Shown here in pieces: positions 1 to 9,198 of a stretch of 64,000 bases of DNA. Every line of letters begins with the position of its first letter. Positions within the stretch are counted from its first letter, which is position 1. The translations under genes were made by a program, and so were the position numbers. Below the pieces are notes generated by a model. The model did not search any database. It worked only from the letters and a program-made list of their open reading frames with translations, and was not told where the DNA came from. The DNA comes from Candidatus Parcubacteria bacterium (GTDB taxonomy: Bacteria; Patescibacteriota; Patescibacteriia; PEXW01), in assembly GCA_003597955.1 (NCBI GenBank), contig QZJU01000021.1, forward strand, positions 44,880-108,879. Direction: 5' to 3'.

Positions 1-1027
1 GCCCTGCCGCGATGAGAATCAAGAAGCGGCATACATTGCCCAGCGGGTTTTGGAATTCCAGGCCACGGGCATGAAATTAGCCGAGATTGCGGTTTTGGTA
101 AGGGCCGTAAGCCATACCCAGGCGATTGAATTTGAACTGGCCAAGCGCGAAATCCCGTACCTGGTTCGCGGTGGTTTGCGGTTTTTTGAAAGGGCGCATA
201 TAAAGGATGTGGTTTCTCACCTAAAAATTTTGGCCAACCCCAATGACGAAGTCGCCTGGTTGCGGGCTTTGGGTTTGCAGGTCGGCGTTGGTCCGAAAAC
301 CGCCACCGAGGTTTTTTTAAGGTTACAAGAAAAGAATATTGGGGTTAAAGAATTGGCCAAAGTTAACTTTACGGAATTAGTCGACCGCCGCGCCAACCGG
401 GGCATAGAAATTTTTCAAAAAACCTTGCGCTTAATGCTGGTCGCCGGCTATAAGGATAAAAAAACCGGGGAAACCGTTTTCGCCCCCCAAGATTTAATTA
501 GGATTATTGCCACCAGCGATTATGTGGATTATTTGCGGAGCCAATATCCGAACGCTGACGAAAGGCTGCAGGACTTGGAGCAGCTGGCCTTGTTTGCGGG
601 AAAATACAAGTCTTTGAATTCTTTTTTGGCGGATGTCAGTTTGCAGGAAGCATTTAGCGCGGGCGCGGCAGTTTCGGCCGAAAACGATGACGCGCTTATC
701 TTATCCACCGTGCATCAAGCCAAAGGCCTTGAATGGGAAGCGGTTTTCGTGCCGCGTTTGACCGAGGGCGGCTTCCCTAATGCGCGGGCCTTGGATGAGC
801 CTATGGGCATTGAAGAAGAACGGCGACTTTTTTACGTAGCGGTCACGCGCGCTAAAACTTGGCTGACTTTGACTTACCCGCTTTTGCTAAATCCCGCTGG
901 CTCGATGATTCTGACTCGGCCGTCCAGGTTCATTGAAGAAGTTCCGGAAAGCCAACTGGATCGGGTTGAGATTGAAGAAGAAGCTTTTGGCGAATGGGAC
1001 GGCACTGAACGCATTATTCAAATCTAA
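1..1027 (+). CDS. UvrD/PcrA-family DNA helicase, C-terminal portion. The 5' end is cut by the window edge; the frame is open from nt 2.
   Basis: The translation contains LILSTVHQAKGLEWEAVFVP and RLFYVAVTRAK, the helicase motif VI region of UvrD-like proteins. Upstream in-frame residues ENQEAAYIAQRV continue the same protein. Confidence 0.8.
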   Translation, partial: PCRDENQEAAYIAQRVLEFQATGMKLAEIAVLVRAVSHTQAIEFELAKREIPYLVRGGLRFFERAHIKDVVSHLKILANPNDEVAWLRALGLQVGVGPKTATEVFLRLQEKNIGVKELAKVNFTELVDRRANRGIEIFQKTLRLMLVAGYKDKKTGETVFAPQDLIRIIATSDYVDYLRSQYPNADERLQDLEQLALFAGKYKSLNSFLADVSLQEAFSAGAAVSAENDDALILSTVHQAKGLEWEAVFVPRLTEGGFPNARALDEPMGIEEERRLFYVAVTRAKTWLTLTYPLLLNPAGSMILTRPSRFIEEVPESQLDRVEIEEEAFGEWDGTERIIQI

Positions 1028-1030
1028 AAA

Positions 1031-1061
1031 AATCCCGTCAAGTTTTTTGGTTGACGGGATT
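1031..1061. terminator. Bidirectional hairpin terminator between the convergent helicase and phosphoesterase genes.
   Basis: Perfect 11-bp inverted repeat AATCCCGTCAA / TTGACGGGATT with a T-rich loop, flanked by A- and T-runs. Confidence 0.5.
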
Positions 1062-1069
1062 AGGCAGGA

Positions 1070-1573
1070 TCAGTTGAGCGTCCGCCAGCCTCTGTCCCCG
1101 GAATTTTTGCAATAGACGCTTAACTGGCGAGGTATGAAATTTCCCTTGAAATCAGAGGTGGTCAACTCGGTCAGCAATTGGTCGAGTGATTCGCCCAGCA
1201 CATTTCTGGCGACGGTAATATGAAAAGTTGAGGTTTCATCCTGAAAAGGGCTAAGTTTAGGCAGCACCCGGCAAACCGCGTCCTGGGCCGTTTGCAGAGT
1301 TTTGCCTTCGCAGCCGAGGTAAACCACGTTCTCCTGGTCCCCAGACATAAAGGTGTTGGCTCCGCCGTATTTAACCGCCGAGTTGACGACCTCAAGTCTG
1401 GCAATTTCTTGCAGGGCCGCCTGTTGTTCGGCGCCTAAATTGAAAGGCCGAATGATGGTAATGTGCGGGGGCAGGCTCGGGTCTGCGTTGGGCTGAAAAT
1501 TTTTGCGAAGCGCGAGAATGCGCTTGGTCAGAATTTCTGGCAACAAAAAAACAATCACATACTTGGTTTCCAT
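1070..1573 (-). CDS. 2H phosphoesterase superfamily protein (LigT-like 2'-5' RNA ligase / cyclic phosphodiesterase).
   Basis: Two H-x-T-x motifs are present (PHITIIRPF and FHITVARN). The start is placed at METKY because GGAGGA lies 7 nt upstream. Confidence 0.65.
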   Translation of the reverse strand: METKYVIVFLLPEILTKRILALRKNFQPNADPSLPPHITIIRPFNLGAEQQAALQEIARLEVVNSAVKYGGANTFMSGDQENVVYLGCEGKTLQTAQDAVCRVLPKLSPFQDETSTFHITVARNVLGESLDQLLTELTTSDFKGNFIPRQLSVYCKNSGDRGWRTLN

Positions 1574-1691
1574 TTTTCCTCCATGAACCATGTTTAATTT
1601 TTTTAGTTTTATCTAAATACCCTAGCAAACCCTGGAAATTTGTCAAAGGCCAATGTTAAAAAGCTACGGAATAAATTATAATCAAGACAAC

Positions 1692-2978
1692 ATGCCTACC
1701 CACAAAACTCAAGATTTATTTGATCAAAGATTGGAAAAAGAATTCGGACGCCACGCGCCCTTGGCCGACCGGATGCGGCCGGAAAAACTGGAGGATTTTT
1801 TCGGCCAAACGGAGATAATCGGCCAGGGCAAGCTGTTGCGCCAAGCCATTGAAAACGACGAAATTTTTTCCATAATTTTCTGGGGGCCGCCGGGCAGCGG
1901 CAAAACCACTTTAGCCAGGATTATCGCCAAACTGACCAAGTCGCATTTTGAACAAATTTCGGCCGTAACTTCGGGCCTGGCGGATTTACGGGCGTTGGTC
2001 AAGCAGGCGCTGGAGAGGCGGAAGTTCCAGAATTTACGGACCATTCTTTTTGTGGATGAAATTCATCGCTGGAACAAAGCCCAGCAGGATTCATTTTTGC
2101 CTTATGTGGAAAACGGCACCATTACTTTAATAGGCGCCACCACAGAAAACCCGTCTTTTGAAGTGATTTCGCCGCTGCTTTCCCGCGCCCGGGTTTTTGT
2201 TTTGGAAAGGCTGGGCGTTCCGGAATTATCCAGAATTGTGAAGCGCGCTTTATTGGATAAAGAAAGAGGTTTGGGCAAGGAAAAAATTAAGCTTGAGGCC
2301 AAGGGCATAGATGTTTTATTGGCCGGATCAAACGGCGATGCCCGGACTTTATTAAATGCTCTGGAAATCGCGGTCAAAGCCACAGCCAAAGACGCAAAAG
2401 GCGTTAAACATATTAAAACCCAGACCGTGGAAGAAGCTTTGCAGCACAAAGCTTTAATGTTCGATAAAAAAGGCGAAGAGCATTACAATGTGATTTCGGC
2501 TTTCATTAAATCCATGCGCGGGTCAGATCCGGACGCGAGCTTGTATTGGTTGAATCGTTTGGTGGAGGCCGGGGAAGATCCGGAATTCATTGCCCGGCGC
2601 ATGGTGGTTTTTGCTTCGGAAGATGTGGGCTTGGCTGATCCAAATGCGCTTGCCGTGGCCGTGAATGTTTTTCAAGCCGTGAAGCTAATCGGCTATCCCG
2701 AATGCCAGATAAATTTGGCTCACGGCGTGGTTTACTTGGCATTAACTCCGAAAAACAACACGGCCTATATGGGCTTAATGAACGCCAAGCAAGACGTGAA
2801 AGATACTTTAAATGAGCCCGTGTCTTTGCATTTGCGCAACGCGGTCACGGATTTGATGAAAGATTTGGGCTATCACAAAGGTTATAAATACAGCCATGAT
2901 TATGATAAAGAGGAGGGTAAACAGGAATATTTGCCAAAGAAATTAGTAGGTCGGAAGTATTTTTTTCCAAAAAAATGA
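1692..2978 (+). CDS. rarA: Replication-associated recombination protein A (RarA/MgsA AAA+ ATPase).
   Basis: Walker A GPPGSGKTTLARIIA and the downstream RarA-specific regions are present. The ORF track start at 1653 is probably an N-terminal extension. Confidence 0.85.
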   Translation: MPTHKTQDLFDQRLEKEFGRHAPLADRMRPEKLEDFFGQTEIIGQGKLLRQAIENDEIFSIIFWGPPGSGKTTLARIIAKLTKSHFEQISAVTSGLADLRALVKQALERRKFQNLRTILFVDEIHRWNKAQQDSFLPYVENGTITLIGATTENPSFEVISPLLSRARVFVLERLGVPELSRIVKRALLDKERGLGKEKIKLEAKGIDVLLAGSNGDARTLLNALEIAVKATAKDAKGVKHIKTQTVEEALQHKALMFDKKGEEHYNVISAFIKSMRGSDPDASLYWLNRLVEAGEDPEFIARRMVVFASEDVGLADPNALAVAVNVFQAVKLIGYPECQINLAHGVVYLALTPKNNTAYMGLMNAKQDVKDTLNEPVSLHLRNAVTDLMKDLGYHKGYKYSHDYDKEEGKQEYLPKKLVGRKYFFPKK

Positions 2979-3523
2979 AATTGCCGCGGTTTAACGAAGC
3001 AGGTTATGCGCATTTTGTTACGTCTAAAACCTATAAAAGCCGAAAAGTTTTTGACAATAAAGAGTGTTGTGAAATTCTGGTTGAGGATTTGAACTTTTAT
3101 GCAAAGAAGTTAAATTTTGAAATTTTAGGTTATTGCGTGATGCCGGAACACCTTCATTTAATTGTGCAGTGGGATGCGGAGAAACATCCGAAATTAACAA
3201 TTTCGAAAATAATGCAAGCGATAAAAAACCATTCTGCAAAAGAAATCGCTTTTTATTTAAAAACGGGTAGGCGAAAGCCCTCGCTTTCGCCATATTCAAA
3301 AGACGCGAGCGAGGGCTCGCGTCTACCCGCGAACTATAAATGGCTTGATCGTGGTTTAGTCCATACTAATTCGCTTGTAAAAATCTGGCAAGCCTCATTC
3401 TACGACTTCAACATTTATTCGGAAAGAATTCTTAACCAAAAATACACCTACATTTATTACAACCCGGTCCGCGCGGGCTTGTGTGAAAAGCCCGAGGATT
3501 GGCCGTGGACTTCCATCAAATAA
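2975..3523 (+). CDS. IS200-like / REP-associated tyrosine transposase (RAYT) family HuH-Y1 protein.
   Basis: HuH motif VMPEHLHLIV and the C-terminal WQASFYDF...YIYYNPVRAGL signature of Y1 transposase-like proteins. It carries a 21-aa low-complexity insertion encoded by a palindromic DNA doublet. Confidence 0.75.
   Translation: MKLPRFNEAGYAHFVTSKTYKSRKVFDNKECCEILVEDLNFYAKKLNFEILGYCVMPEHLHLIVQWDAEKHPKLTISKIMQAIKNHSAKEIAFYLKTGRRKPSLSPYSKDASEGSRLPANYKWLDRGLVHTNSLVKIWQASFYDFNIYSERILNQKYTYIYYNPVRAGLCEKPEDWPWTSIK
3265..3328. repeat. REPIN-like palindromic doublet lying inside the RAYT-like ORF.
   Basis: GGGTAG-GCGAAAGC-CCTC-GCTTTCGC ... GACGCGAGC-GAGG-GCTCGCGTC-TACCC. These are two inverted hairpins with outer GTAG/CTAC arms, and the two hairpins are partly complementary to each other. 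Confidence 0.55.
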
Positions 3524-3524
3524 A

Positions 3525-3556
3525 AAACCAGTCCCATAAATGAGACTGGTTAATGA
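3525..3556. terminator. Bidirectional hairpin terminator.
   Basis: AACCAGTC-ccataaatga-GACTGGTT stem-loop, preceded by an A-run and placed between convergent genes. Confidence 0.45.
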
Positions 3557-3567
3557 GCGATTTTTCA

Positions 3568-4215
3568 TTATGCAAACTGGAGTTTTGGTAAGTATGGCTC
3601 TGGGATTTCCACCAGGTCGCCCGCTTCAATGTACTTAAGAATACGCTCGATTTCTCCTTCAATCGTCTTGTCCGAAACCACGAAGTTGTTAGGTGGCTGC
3701 GGCGAGTACACCCAATAGCGCAGGTTTTCATTCGCCGGCGCATTTTTAGGTATTGTCCTGGCCACCCGGGCCATGTGATACCAACTGGTGATGACCACAA
3801 CATTACCTTGGCTGTTGAGAATGCGCGGTTCGGTGTTAAGAACCGTGAATTGGGACTTGGTGTTTCCATGAGGCCTGGCCCCGCAATCGACGCAAGCAAT
3901 GCGTCCAGCTGGAATGTCACATTCGAGCGCTGTTTTTAGCATCATGGGGAGCTGATTACGCTCGCCGTTAAGCATGATCCAGGGATTCCGAGAACCCATT
4001 GTAAAGTCGAGAACTGCGGCCGAGTAAATTCTGTCAATATTTTCCTCGCTCCATTCGGCAATGATTCTTCCGCCACGCATCGCCGGTGGCCCTGAAAGCA
4101 CCATTATGCCAATTGGCGATTCAAGCGGCAGTATGCGACCGTCCGTTTTGGCAAGCAGGATTTCCCCGCGCAAAGTTTCTGCAGAGATTTTCAATGTATA
4201 CCTCCAATATCTCAA
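3568..4215 (-). CDS. DUF218 (YdcF/SanA-like) family protein.
   Basis: Length and the SWYHMAR-type core resemble the DUF218 fold. A GGAGG ribosome-binding site precedes the start. Confidence 0.5.
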   Translation of the reverse strand: MRYWRYTLKISAETLRGEILLAKTDGRILPLESPIGIMVLSGPPAMRGGRIIAEWSEENIDRIYSAAVLDFTMGSRNPWIMLNGERNQLPMMLKTALECDIPAGRIACVDCGARPHGNTKSQFTVLNTEPRILNSQGNVVVITSWYHMARVARTIPKNAPANENLRYWVYSPQPPNNFVVSDKTIEGEIERILKYIEAGDLVEIPEPYLPKLQFA

Positions 4216-4270
4216 TTTGTTTTTTTGAACCGGTTACATTACCATAATTAATATAGCCTGTCAATGCTTT

Positions 4271-4642
4271 ATGCCCAAACACCCTAAAAAAGTTTTTCAG
4301 AACAAAATGTCCTGGGGCGACAAAATCGCGATTAAGATCGCGGATTTCACCGGGAACATGGTTTTTGTCTGGCTGCATGTCTGGTTGTTTACGCTCTGGA
4401 TCGGCGTGAATTTAATCGCTCGGGAATTCGCTTGGGATCCCTACCCGTTCAATTTTTTGACCATGGTGGTTTCTCTGGAAGCCATTTTTCTTTCCACCTT
4501 TGTTTTGATCGCCCAAAACCGGGAAGCAAAAAGGAATGAAATTCGGGAACAGCTGGATTTTGAGGTAAATGTTAAGGCGGAAAAGGAAATTCTGGAAATT
4601 AAAGGCTTGTTAGCGAGGCTGGAGAGAAAGCTAAAGAAATAA
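4271..4642 (+). CDS. Small membrane protein, possibly DUF1003-like.
   Basis: Two predicted TM helices followed by a charged coiled-coil tail. Confidence 0.4.
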   Translation: MPKHPKKVFQNKMSWGDKIAIKIADFTGNMVFVWLHVWLFTLWIGVNLIAREFAWDPYPFNFLTMVVSLEAIFLSTFVLIAQNREAKRNEIREQLDFEVNVKAEKEILEIKGLLARLERKLKK

Positions 4643-4675
4643 TTAATAAAACAAGAAAAAGCCAATTGTCTTGAC

Positions 4676-4778
4676 CCCGTTAGAGTTTTTAACTTATTTT
4701 TCTAAGAAATAATAATATCTTTATCATCAAGATGTTAATATATTTAAAATTACGGGAATTTAAAACTCTAACGGGGAT
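4676..4778. promoter_or_regulatory. Long inverted repeat enclosing an AT-rich core (terminator or regulatory hairpin).
   Basis: CCCGTTAGAGTTTT at 4676-4690 and AAAACTCTAACGGG at 4764-4778 are perfect inverted repeats flanking about 70 nt of AT-rich sequence. Confidence 0.45.
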
Positions 4779-4978
4779 TGACAGATGCTGGCCGATTTGT
4801 TAATGCAAAGATAAGTTCTTTGAAATGAAAAAATTCTTCGGTCAAAACCGACTGCGTTCAAGCGGCATTTTAGCCGATTTAGCGCGGGCAATTACGCCTG
4901 AAGAAAACCTTCGGCTCTTAGGCTCCGGCCCGTTTGCGATAGAATTGGGAAGGAGGGAAAGAGAAGGAGAGCATAGTC

Positions 4979-5812
4979 ATGTCTGATTTAGTTGAAACCG
5001 TCGCGGTTAAGGCCAATTGTTGCAAATGCGACAACCCTAAAAATTTTTGGGTTTTTGGCAATTTAACCCAATGCGCAGTTGTCGCCAGCCAAAACAAATT
5101 AATTCTGCGGAAAGATTTTGGTAGAAGAATCGGTATTAATCATGCCGTAATGATTGAGTGTAAGAATTGCCATCGGCTGACCGTGCATTTGCCGGTTAGA
5201 CAGAAAGATATTTGGAATTTTTCTTTGGTCGCACCATACAAAGACAATTGGAAGACGATTAAACCAAGAGGTTGGCGGAGAAATGTTCGTTTTATCTGGC
5301 CTGATGAAGAGTTTTTGGACATTAGTAAGCGCGATCTCATGAATTGTATTGCAATCAAAATTTCCTTACCAAAACAGGCGTCATCATTTTGGACAATTCG
5401 GTTTTTGCACTCGCCCCGTAATAATTTTCGACGGTCATATCTATGTGGCACAGCCTTCGATATGTTTAGTAGTTATATCAAGGGTGATTACAAAGAATTT
5501 AGAAATGGTTTTAGTGAGTACAAAAACAGAGCTGCGGGTGAATTAATCGAAGATGTCCAGCTCGAATTGAATCGACTTCACAACCTTAAGCAAGAAAAGG
5601 AAGTGCTGTCGTTAGCGGTCGAGCGAGCCATTATTGCTCTGTATCAAGCCCGGCACATTTCAAAGTCCGTCAAACTGAAAGAAATTCGCGAAAATCTACA
5701 ACAGGCCCTGACCCAAGTTGGCATGCCATTGCTCAAGCTGGAGGAGTCTGAACCAATTAAGAAGGCTGATGTACTTATCGCTGAAACTTCTGGTTCGGGC
5801 ACTGGCGAATAG
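4979..5812 (+). CDS. Hypothetical protein with an N-terminal Cys-rich (zinc-ribbon-like) region.
   Basis: Cysteine pairs at CCKCDNP and ECKNCHRL. A strong GGAGG-rich ribosome-binding site precedes the start. It is the first gene of a + strand cluster with the next two genes. Confidence 0.55.
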   Translation: MSDLVETVAVKANCCKCDNPKNFWVFGNLTQCAVVASQNKLILRKDFGRRIGINHAVMIECKNCHRLTVHLPVRQKDIWNFSLVAPYKDNWKTIKPRGWRRNVRFIWPDEEFLDISKRDLMNCIAIKISLPKQASSFWTIRFLHSPRNNFRRSYLCGTAFDMFSSYIKGDYKEFRNGFSEYKNRAAGELIEDVQLELNRLHNLKQEKEVLSLAVERAIIALYQARHISKSVKLKEIRENLQQALTQVGMPLLKLEESEPIKKADVLIAETSGSGTGE

Positions 5813-5925
5813 TTATTTTTTAACCCACTCAATTTTTATTGAGTGGGTTCTTGATTTTTAGGTCAATTTTTGCTATACTATCCATACTGAAAATAAAAAT
5901 AAATACCATGCTACAATTACAGCCA

Positions 5926-7197
5926 ATGAAAAGACTTTTTTTATTGCCAGCCGTAGTTTTATGTGCCGCTGGTTTTTTGGTTCTGGCTAAACCAGCTGCG
6001 GCTTTAGACCGCGCTCTTGTTTACGGACCCAAAGCCGATGCCAATATTCTGGACCAGCCTTTAAAGATCGCGGGCATTATTCCGGTCAACAGTCGAGTAT
6101 TTTTTGTGCTCAATGGCAGAGTCATTGGTTCTGCTGGTGCGCAGAAAACGAAGAACAAGAAAGCCACAACTTCGGCTTTCTCATTTACTTATAAAAAAAC
6201 TTTGAAGGCGGGAACCTACGCTTTGGAAACCCAGGTCTACAAATCCGGGGAGTGGAGCGACAAAACTTCACAAAGTATAACTGTACCGGCAAAGTGGCAG
6301 CGGAAAATCGACGGTATGCAGGTCAAGACCTCAGAATGGAATAAATTGCCAATCGGCATAATGATTGAAAATACACCCGACGCTCGGCCTCAAGCTGGAT
6401 TGGGCCAAGCCAGCGTGGTTTATGAAACTTTGGCTGAAGGCGGAGTCACCCGCTTCTTGGCTATTTTCCCCCAGGCAACCAAACCGAAATTAGTAGGGCC
6501 AGTACGATCCAGTCGGCCGTACTATGTGGACTGGGCCAAAGAATACGACGCGATCTATCTTCACGCCGGCGGCAGCCGTGACGCTTTGAATGAAATTGGC
6601 AAATTAAAAGTCCGGTCTTTTGACGCGCTGACAAAAAGAGCTTACAGTTTTACTTTCCGCAAGTGCGTGGGCGTGCACTGCTTGTTCACGGACAAAGCCC
6701 GCTTGCAGGGCTTGGTTAACAAATACAAATTAACCACCCAAAATGCCATTTCCCAAGGCTGGATATTCAAAAATGATGTGCCCTTAAAAAATCGGCCAAA
6801 GCACTCCAAAAAAATTACCATTGATTTCAACGGCCGGACTTATCGCGTGGACTGGCAATACGATCGCAAAACCAATCGCTACAAAAGGTGGAACGGCGGG
6901 GTGATAGCCAAAGATCGGAACACGGGCAAGCAGTTAACCGCGGCAAATATAGTGGTTATGCGCGTGCCCAAAGAAAAAGTTTTGGATCGGAAGCTCCGGA
7001 TTTCGTTGAAATTAACGGGCAAAGGCAGTGCGACATTGTATCGCGACGGCAATGCCATCAATGTTCAGTGGCGAAAAGCCTCTGCCTCGGCCCGAACGAA
7101 ATTCTATTCCAAAGCCACTGGTAAAGAAATTGAATTCAATCGCGGCCAGACTTGGATAGAAGTCGTGCCCGGCACTCGCAAAGTCACTTATCGCTAA
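5926..7197 (+). CDS. Secreted DUF3048 (YerB-like) domain protein.
   Basis: Signal peptide MKRLFLLPAVVLCAAGFLVLA. The IENTPDARPQAGLGQASVVYE...RSSRPYYVDWA segment resembles the DUF3048 N-domain. Confidence 0.55.
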   Translation: MKRLFLLPAVVLCAAGFLVLAKPAAALDRALVYGPKADANILDQPLKIAGIIPVNSRVFFVLNGRVIGSAGAQKTKNKKATTSAFSFTYKKTLKAGTYALETQVYKSGEWSDKTSQSITVPAKWQRKIDGMQVKTSEWNKLPIGIMIENTPDARPQAGLGQASVVYETLAEGGVTRFLAIFPQATKPKLVGPVRSSRPYYVDWAKEYDAIYLHAGGSRDALNEIGKLKVRSFDALTKRAYSFTFRKCVGVHCLFTDKARLQGLVNKYKLTTQNAISQGWIFKNDVPLKNRPKHSKKITIDFNGRTYRVDWQYDRKTNRYKRWNGGVIAKDRNTGKQLTAANIVVMRVPKEKVLDRKLRISLKLTGKGSATLYRDGNAINVQWRKASASARTKFYSKATGKEIEFNRGQTWIEVVPGTRKVTYR

Positions 7198-7201
7198 AAA
7201 A

Positions 7202-7615
7202 ATGAAGAACCCATTTTCCATCGCGTTTGTTATCGTGGCCGTTTTGATTTTTTCCGGTTGCACTTTTGGCAAGAAAATCACCAACACCGCAGGCGAATTA
7301 ACCAATGATGCCGGCAAGTTGGTCAACAAGGCTACCGGTATTACCGATATCGGCATTAAGCAAGCTGCGGATTTAAGCTTTGCTAAAGCGCGGGCTAAAG
7401 AATTTTACAGTTCTTTCATCGCCCAAGGCGAAGACTTAAGTTCGGGTCCTTGCCTTTCGGATAATTTAACTACGGGTTGGGTGGCGGATTTGGTGCATAA
7501 CCCCCGGCAGCCGATTGATGACGATCCAAAAAACCAGTGTCCAAGTTTTGTGAACGGTCAAAAGCAGCATTTTGTAGAACTGGATTTAAATGGAAATTTT
7601 GTTAGAGGGCAATAG
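7202..7615 (+). CDS. Putative lipoprotein.
   Basis: Signal peptide with a lipobox (VLIFSGC). The gene sits 4 nt after the preceding gene. Confidence 0.5.
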   Translation: MKNPFSIAFVIVAVLIFSGCTFGKKITNTAGELTNDAGKLVNKATGITDIGIKQAADLSFAKARAKEFYSSFIAQGEDLSSGPCLSDNLTTGWVADLVHNPRQPIDDDPKNQCPSFVNGQKQHFVELDLNGNFVRGQ

Positions 7616-7639
7616 CTAATTTTAAAGAGAAAATAAAAA

Positions 7640-7672
7640 AAGTCGTGGGTCTTACTTGACTCACGACTTGTT
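7640..7672. terminator. Bidirectional hairpin terminator.
   Basis: AGTCGTGGGTC-ttact-TGACTCACGACT stem, flanked by A-runs and T-runs, between convergent genes. Confidence 0.5.
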
Positions 7673-8941
7673 TAATGATGAGCGTTTAAGTTTTGAATGG
7701 TGATTCTCGAATTTGGGTAGAGCAGCGAGCAGTTGCTGCGTGATGGCATCGGCTTTGAAAATCTGTTTTTGGGCCTTTTGCCACGATTTTTGTTTTAGAA
7801 TTTTTTGCAAATGGCCGTGCAAAATTTCCAATTGTGCGATGAGCGCTTCAAAAACCCGGAGCGGGCTTCTTTCGGAAAAAGGCGAATCCGGTAAGCCCAG
7901 CAGGCCTTGTTGAAAAAGCTTGATAACATTCCGGATATAGTGCAGTTCCACCCACAGCGCGCGGATGCAGTTTTTTTCAACCGTGGCGCGGATTCGGGCT
8001 TTTTGTCGGGCCTTCAATTGTTCGGCCTCGAATATTCCCAAAAGTTCAATCTGACCGGAGTTCAGGTTTCGCAAATGCTTGCTGACCAGTCCGTGGAAAT
8101 CGGTCACTTTGTAGTTTTTCACTAAGGCGTTTTTAAACCACCAACTTTTGATTTGCGCCAGCGTTTCTCCGTTTTGTTGCAACCGGGCCAGCTCAATCGC
8201 AATGCCATAGGGGATTAAGCCCGTTTTGACCGCCCGCTGTATGGAAGCGGGCAACCGGCAGTAACGTAAAGCGTTGCTGACAGTTTGGGGACTGCGGCCC
8301 ACCTGCAAGGCAAAATGTTTGAGCGTATAAGTGGTGTTGATGCCTTTAATCAGTCGAAAAAGCATATCGTAAACATAAGCTTCGTCCTCGGGCGGAATGG
8401 CCATATGCGTGTTTTCCGAAAGCTGCAAAAACAAAGCGGGCAAAGCGGAAATGCCTCGACACAGGTTAATCCGGATTTTTTCTTTTCGAAAATGTTTCCG
8501 AAAGCACTCGCCCGGCTTAAGCTTAAAGTTGGTTTCCCGGCAAACTTCACAGCCGGTTTCCCACAAGTATTTGCATGCCCGCAAGCGCCTTTCTCCAGCC
8601 AGCAAAACATAGTAGCGATTTCGGCCTTTTATGGTTTGGGATCGAAATTGCTTGAGGCGAAACCGGGTGCCCCACAACTGGTTAATGGTTCTTAAGTACT
8701 GCCAAAAGCCATTTTCGGTGAATTCCGCGATGGTTGGCGGATGCAAAAGGCCTTTTTGGGCTAAGTCATTGCCCAGTTCGGGAATATTTTCGAATTTTTG
8801 CCTGGGTTGCGGCAGCACGATGATCGAAAAAATCTCAATTTCGCTGGGAATATATTTATAGGGCTGGGAGCCGTTGCCCAAAAGATTCGCGAAAGCGTCC
8901 AACCGGTTTGGGGTTTTTGAGGTGGGCGGGATTTTCGCCAA
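7661..8941 (-). CDS. ParB/Spo0J-like DNA-binding protein with a Cys4 insertion.
   Basis: ParB N-domain motifs VLPQPRQKF and YYVLLAGERRLRAC, and a ParB HTH region (SENTHMAIPPEDEAYVY...QVGRSPQTVSNALRYCRL). A Cys cluster (CEVC...C-x-C) lies between them. No parA is adjacent. Confidence 0.65.
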   Translation of the reverse strand: MAKIPPTSKTPNRLDAFANLLGNGSQPYKYIPSEIEIFSIIVLPQPRQKFENIPELGNDLAQKGLLHPPTIAEFTENGFWQYLRTINQLWGTRFRLKQFRSQTIKGRNRYYVLLAGERRLRACKYLWETGCEVCRETNFKLKPGECFRKHFRKEKIRINLCRGISALPALFLQLSENTHMAIPPEDEAYVYDMLFRLIKGINTTYTLKHFALQVGRSPQTVSNALRYCRLPASIQRAVKTGLIPYGIAIELARLQQNGETLAQIKSWWFKNALVKNYKVTDFHGLVSKHLRNLNSGQIELLGIFEAEQLKARQKARIRATVEKNCIRALWVELHYIRNVIKLFQQGLLGLPDSPFSERSPLRVFEALIAQLEILHGHLQKILKQKSWQKAQKQIFKADAITQQLLAALPKFENHHSKLKRSSLNKS

Positions 8942-9198
8942 AACTGCCTCCTTTCTTAATTTTTTTAAAGTACGATTTTGGTTATTTTTTACACCCCGTG
9001 TGGCGGTAAGTCAACCCCGGATTCCTTTTAAAAGAAGGCGTCGTTTTGGTTGTGGTTAAAGCTTAATTAAAAACTATACCCTTAAAACGGTACCGATATC
9101 AATACCTAAGACCTCTAACCTCAACCATTTATCGGAAAGGGCGTGGGTTAAGAAAATTCCAGCTGTTTTTTTGCAAAAAATGTGCTAGGTTTTTACAT

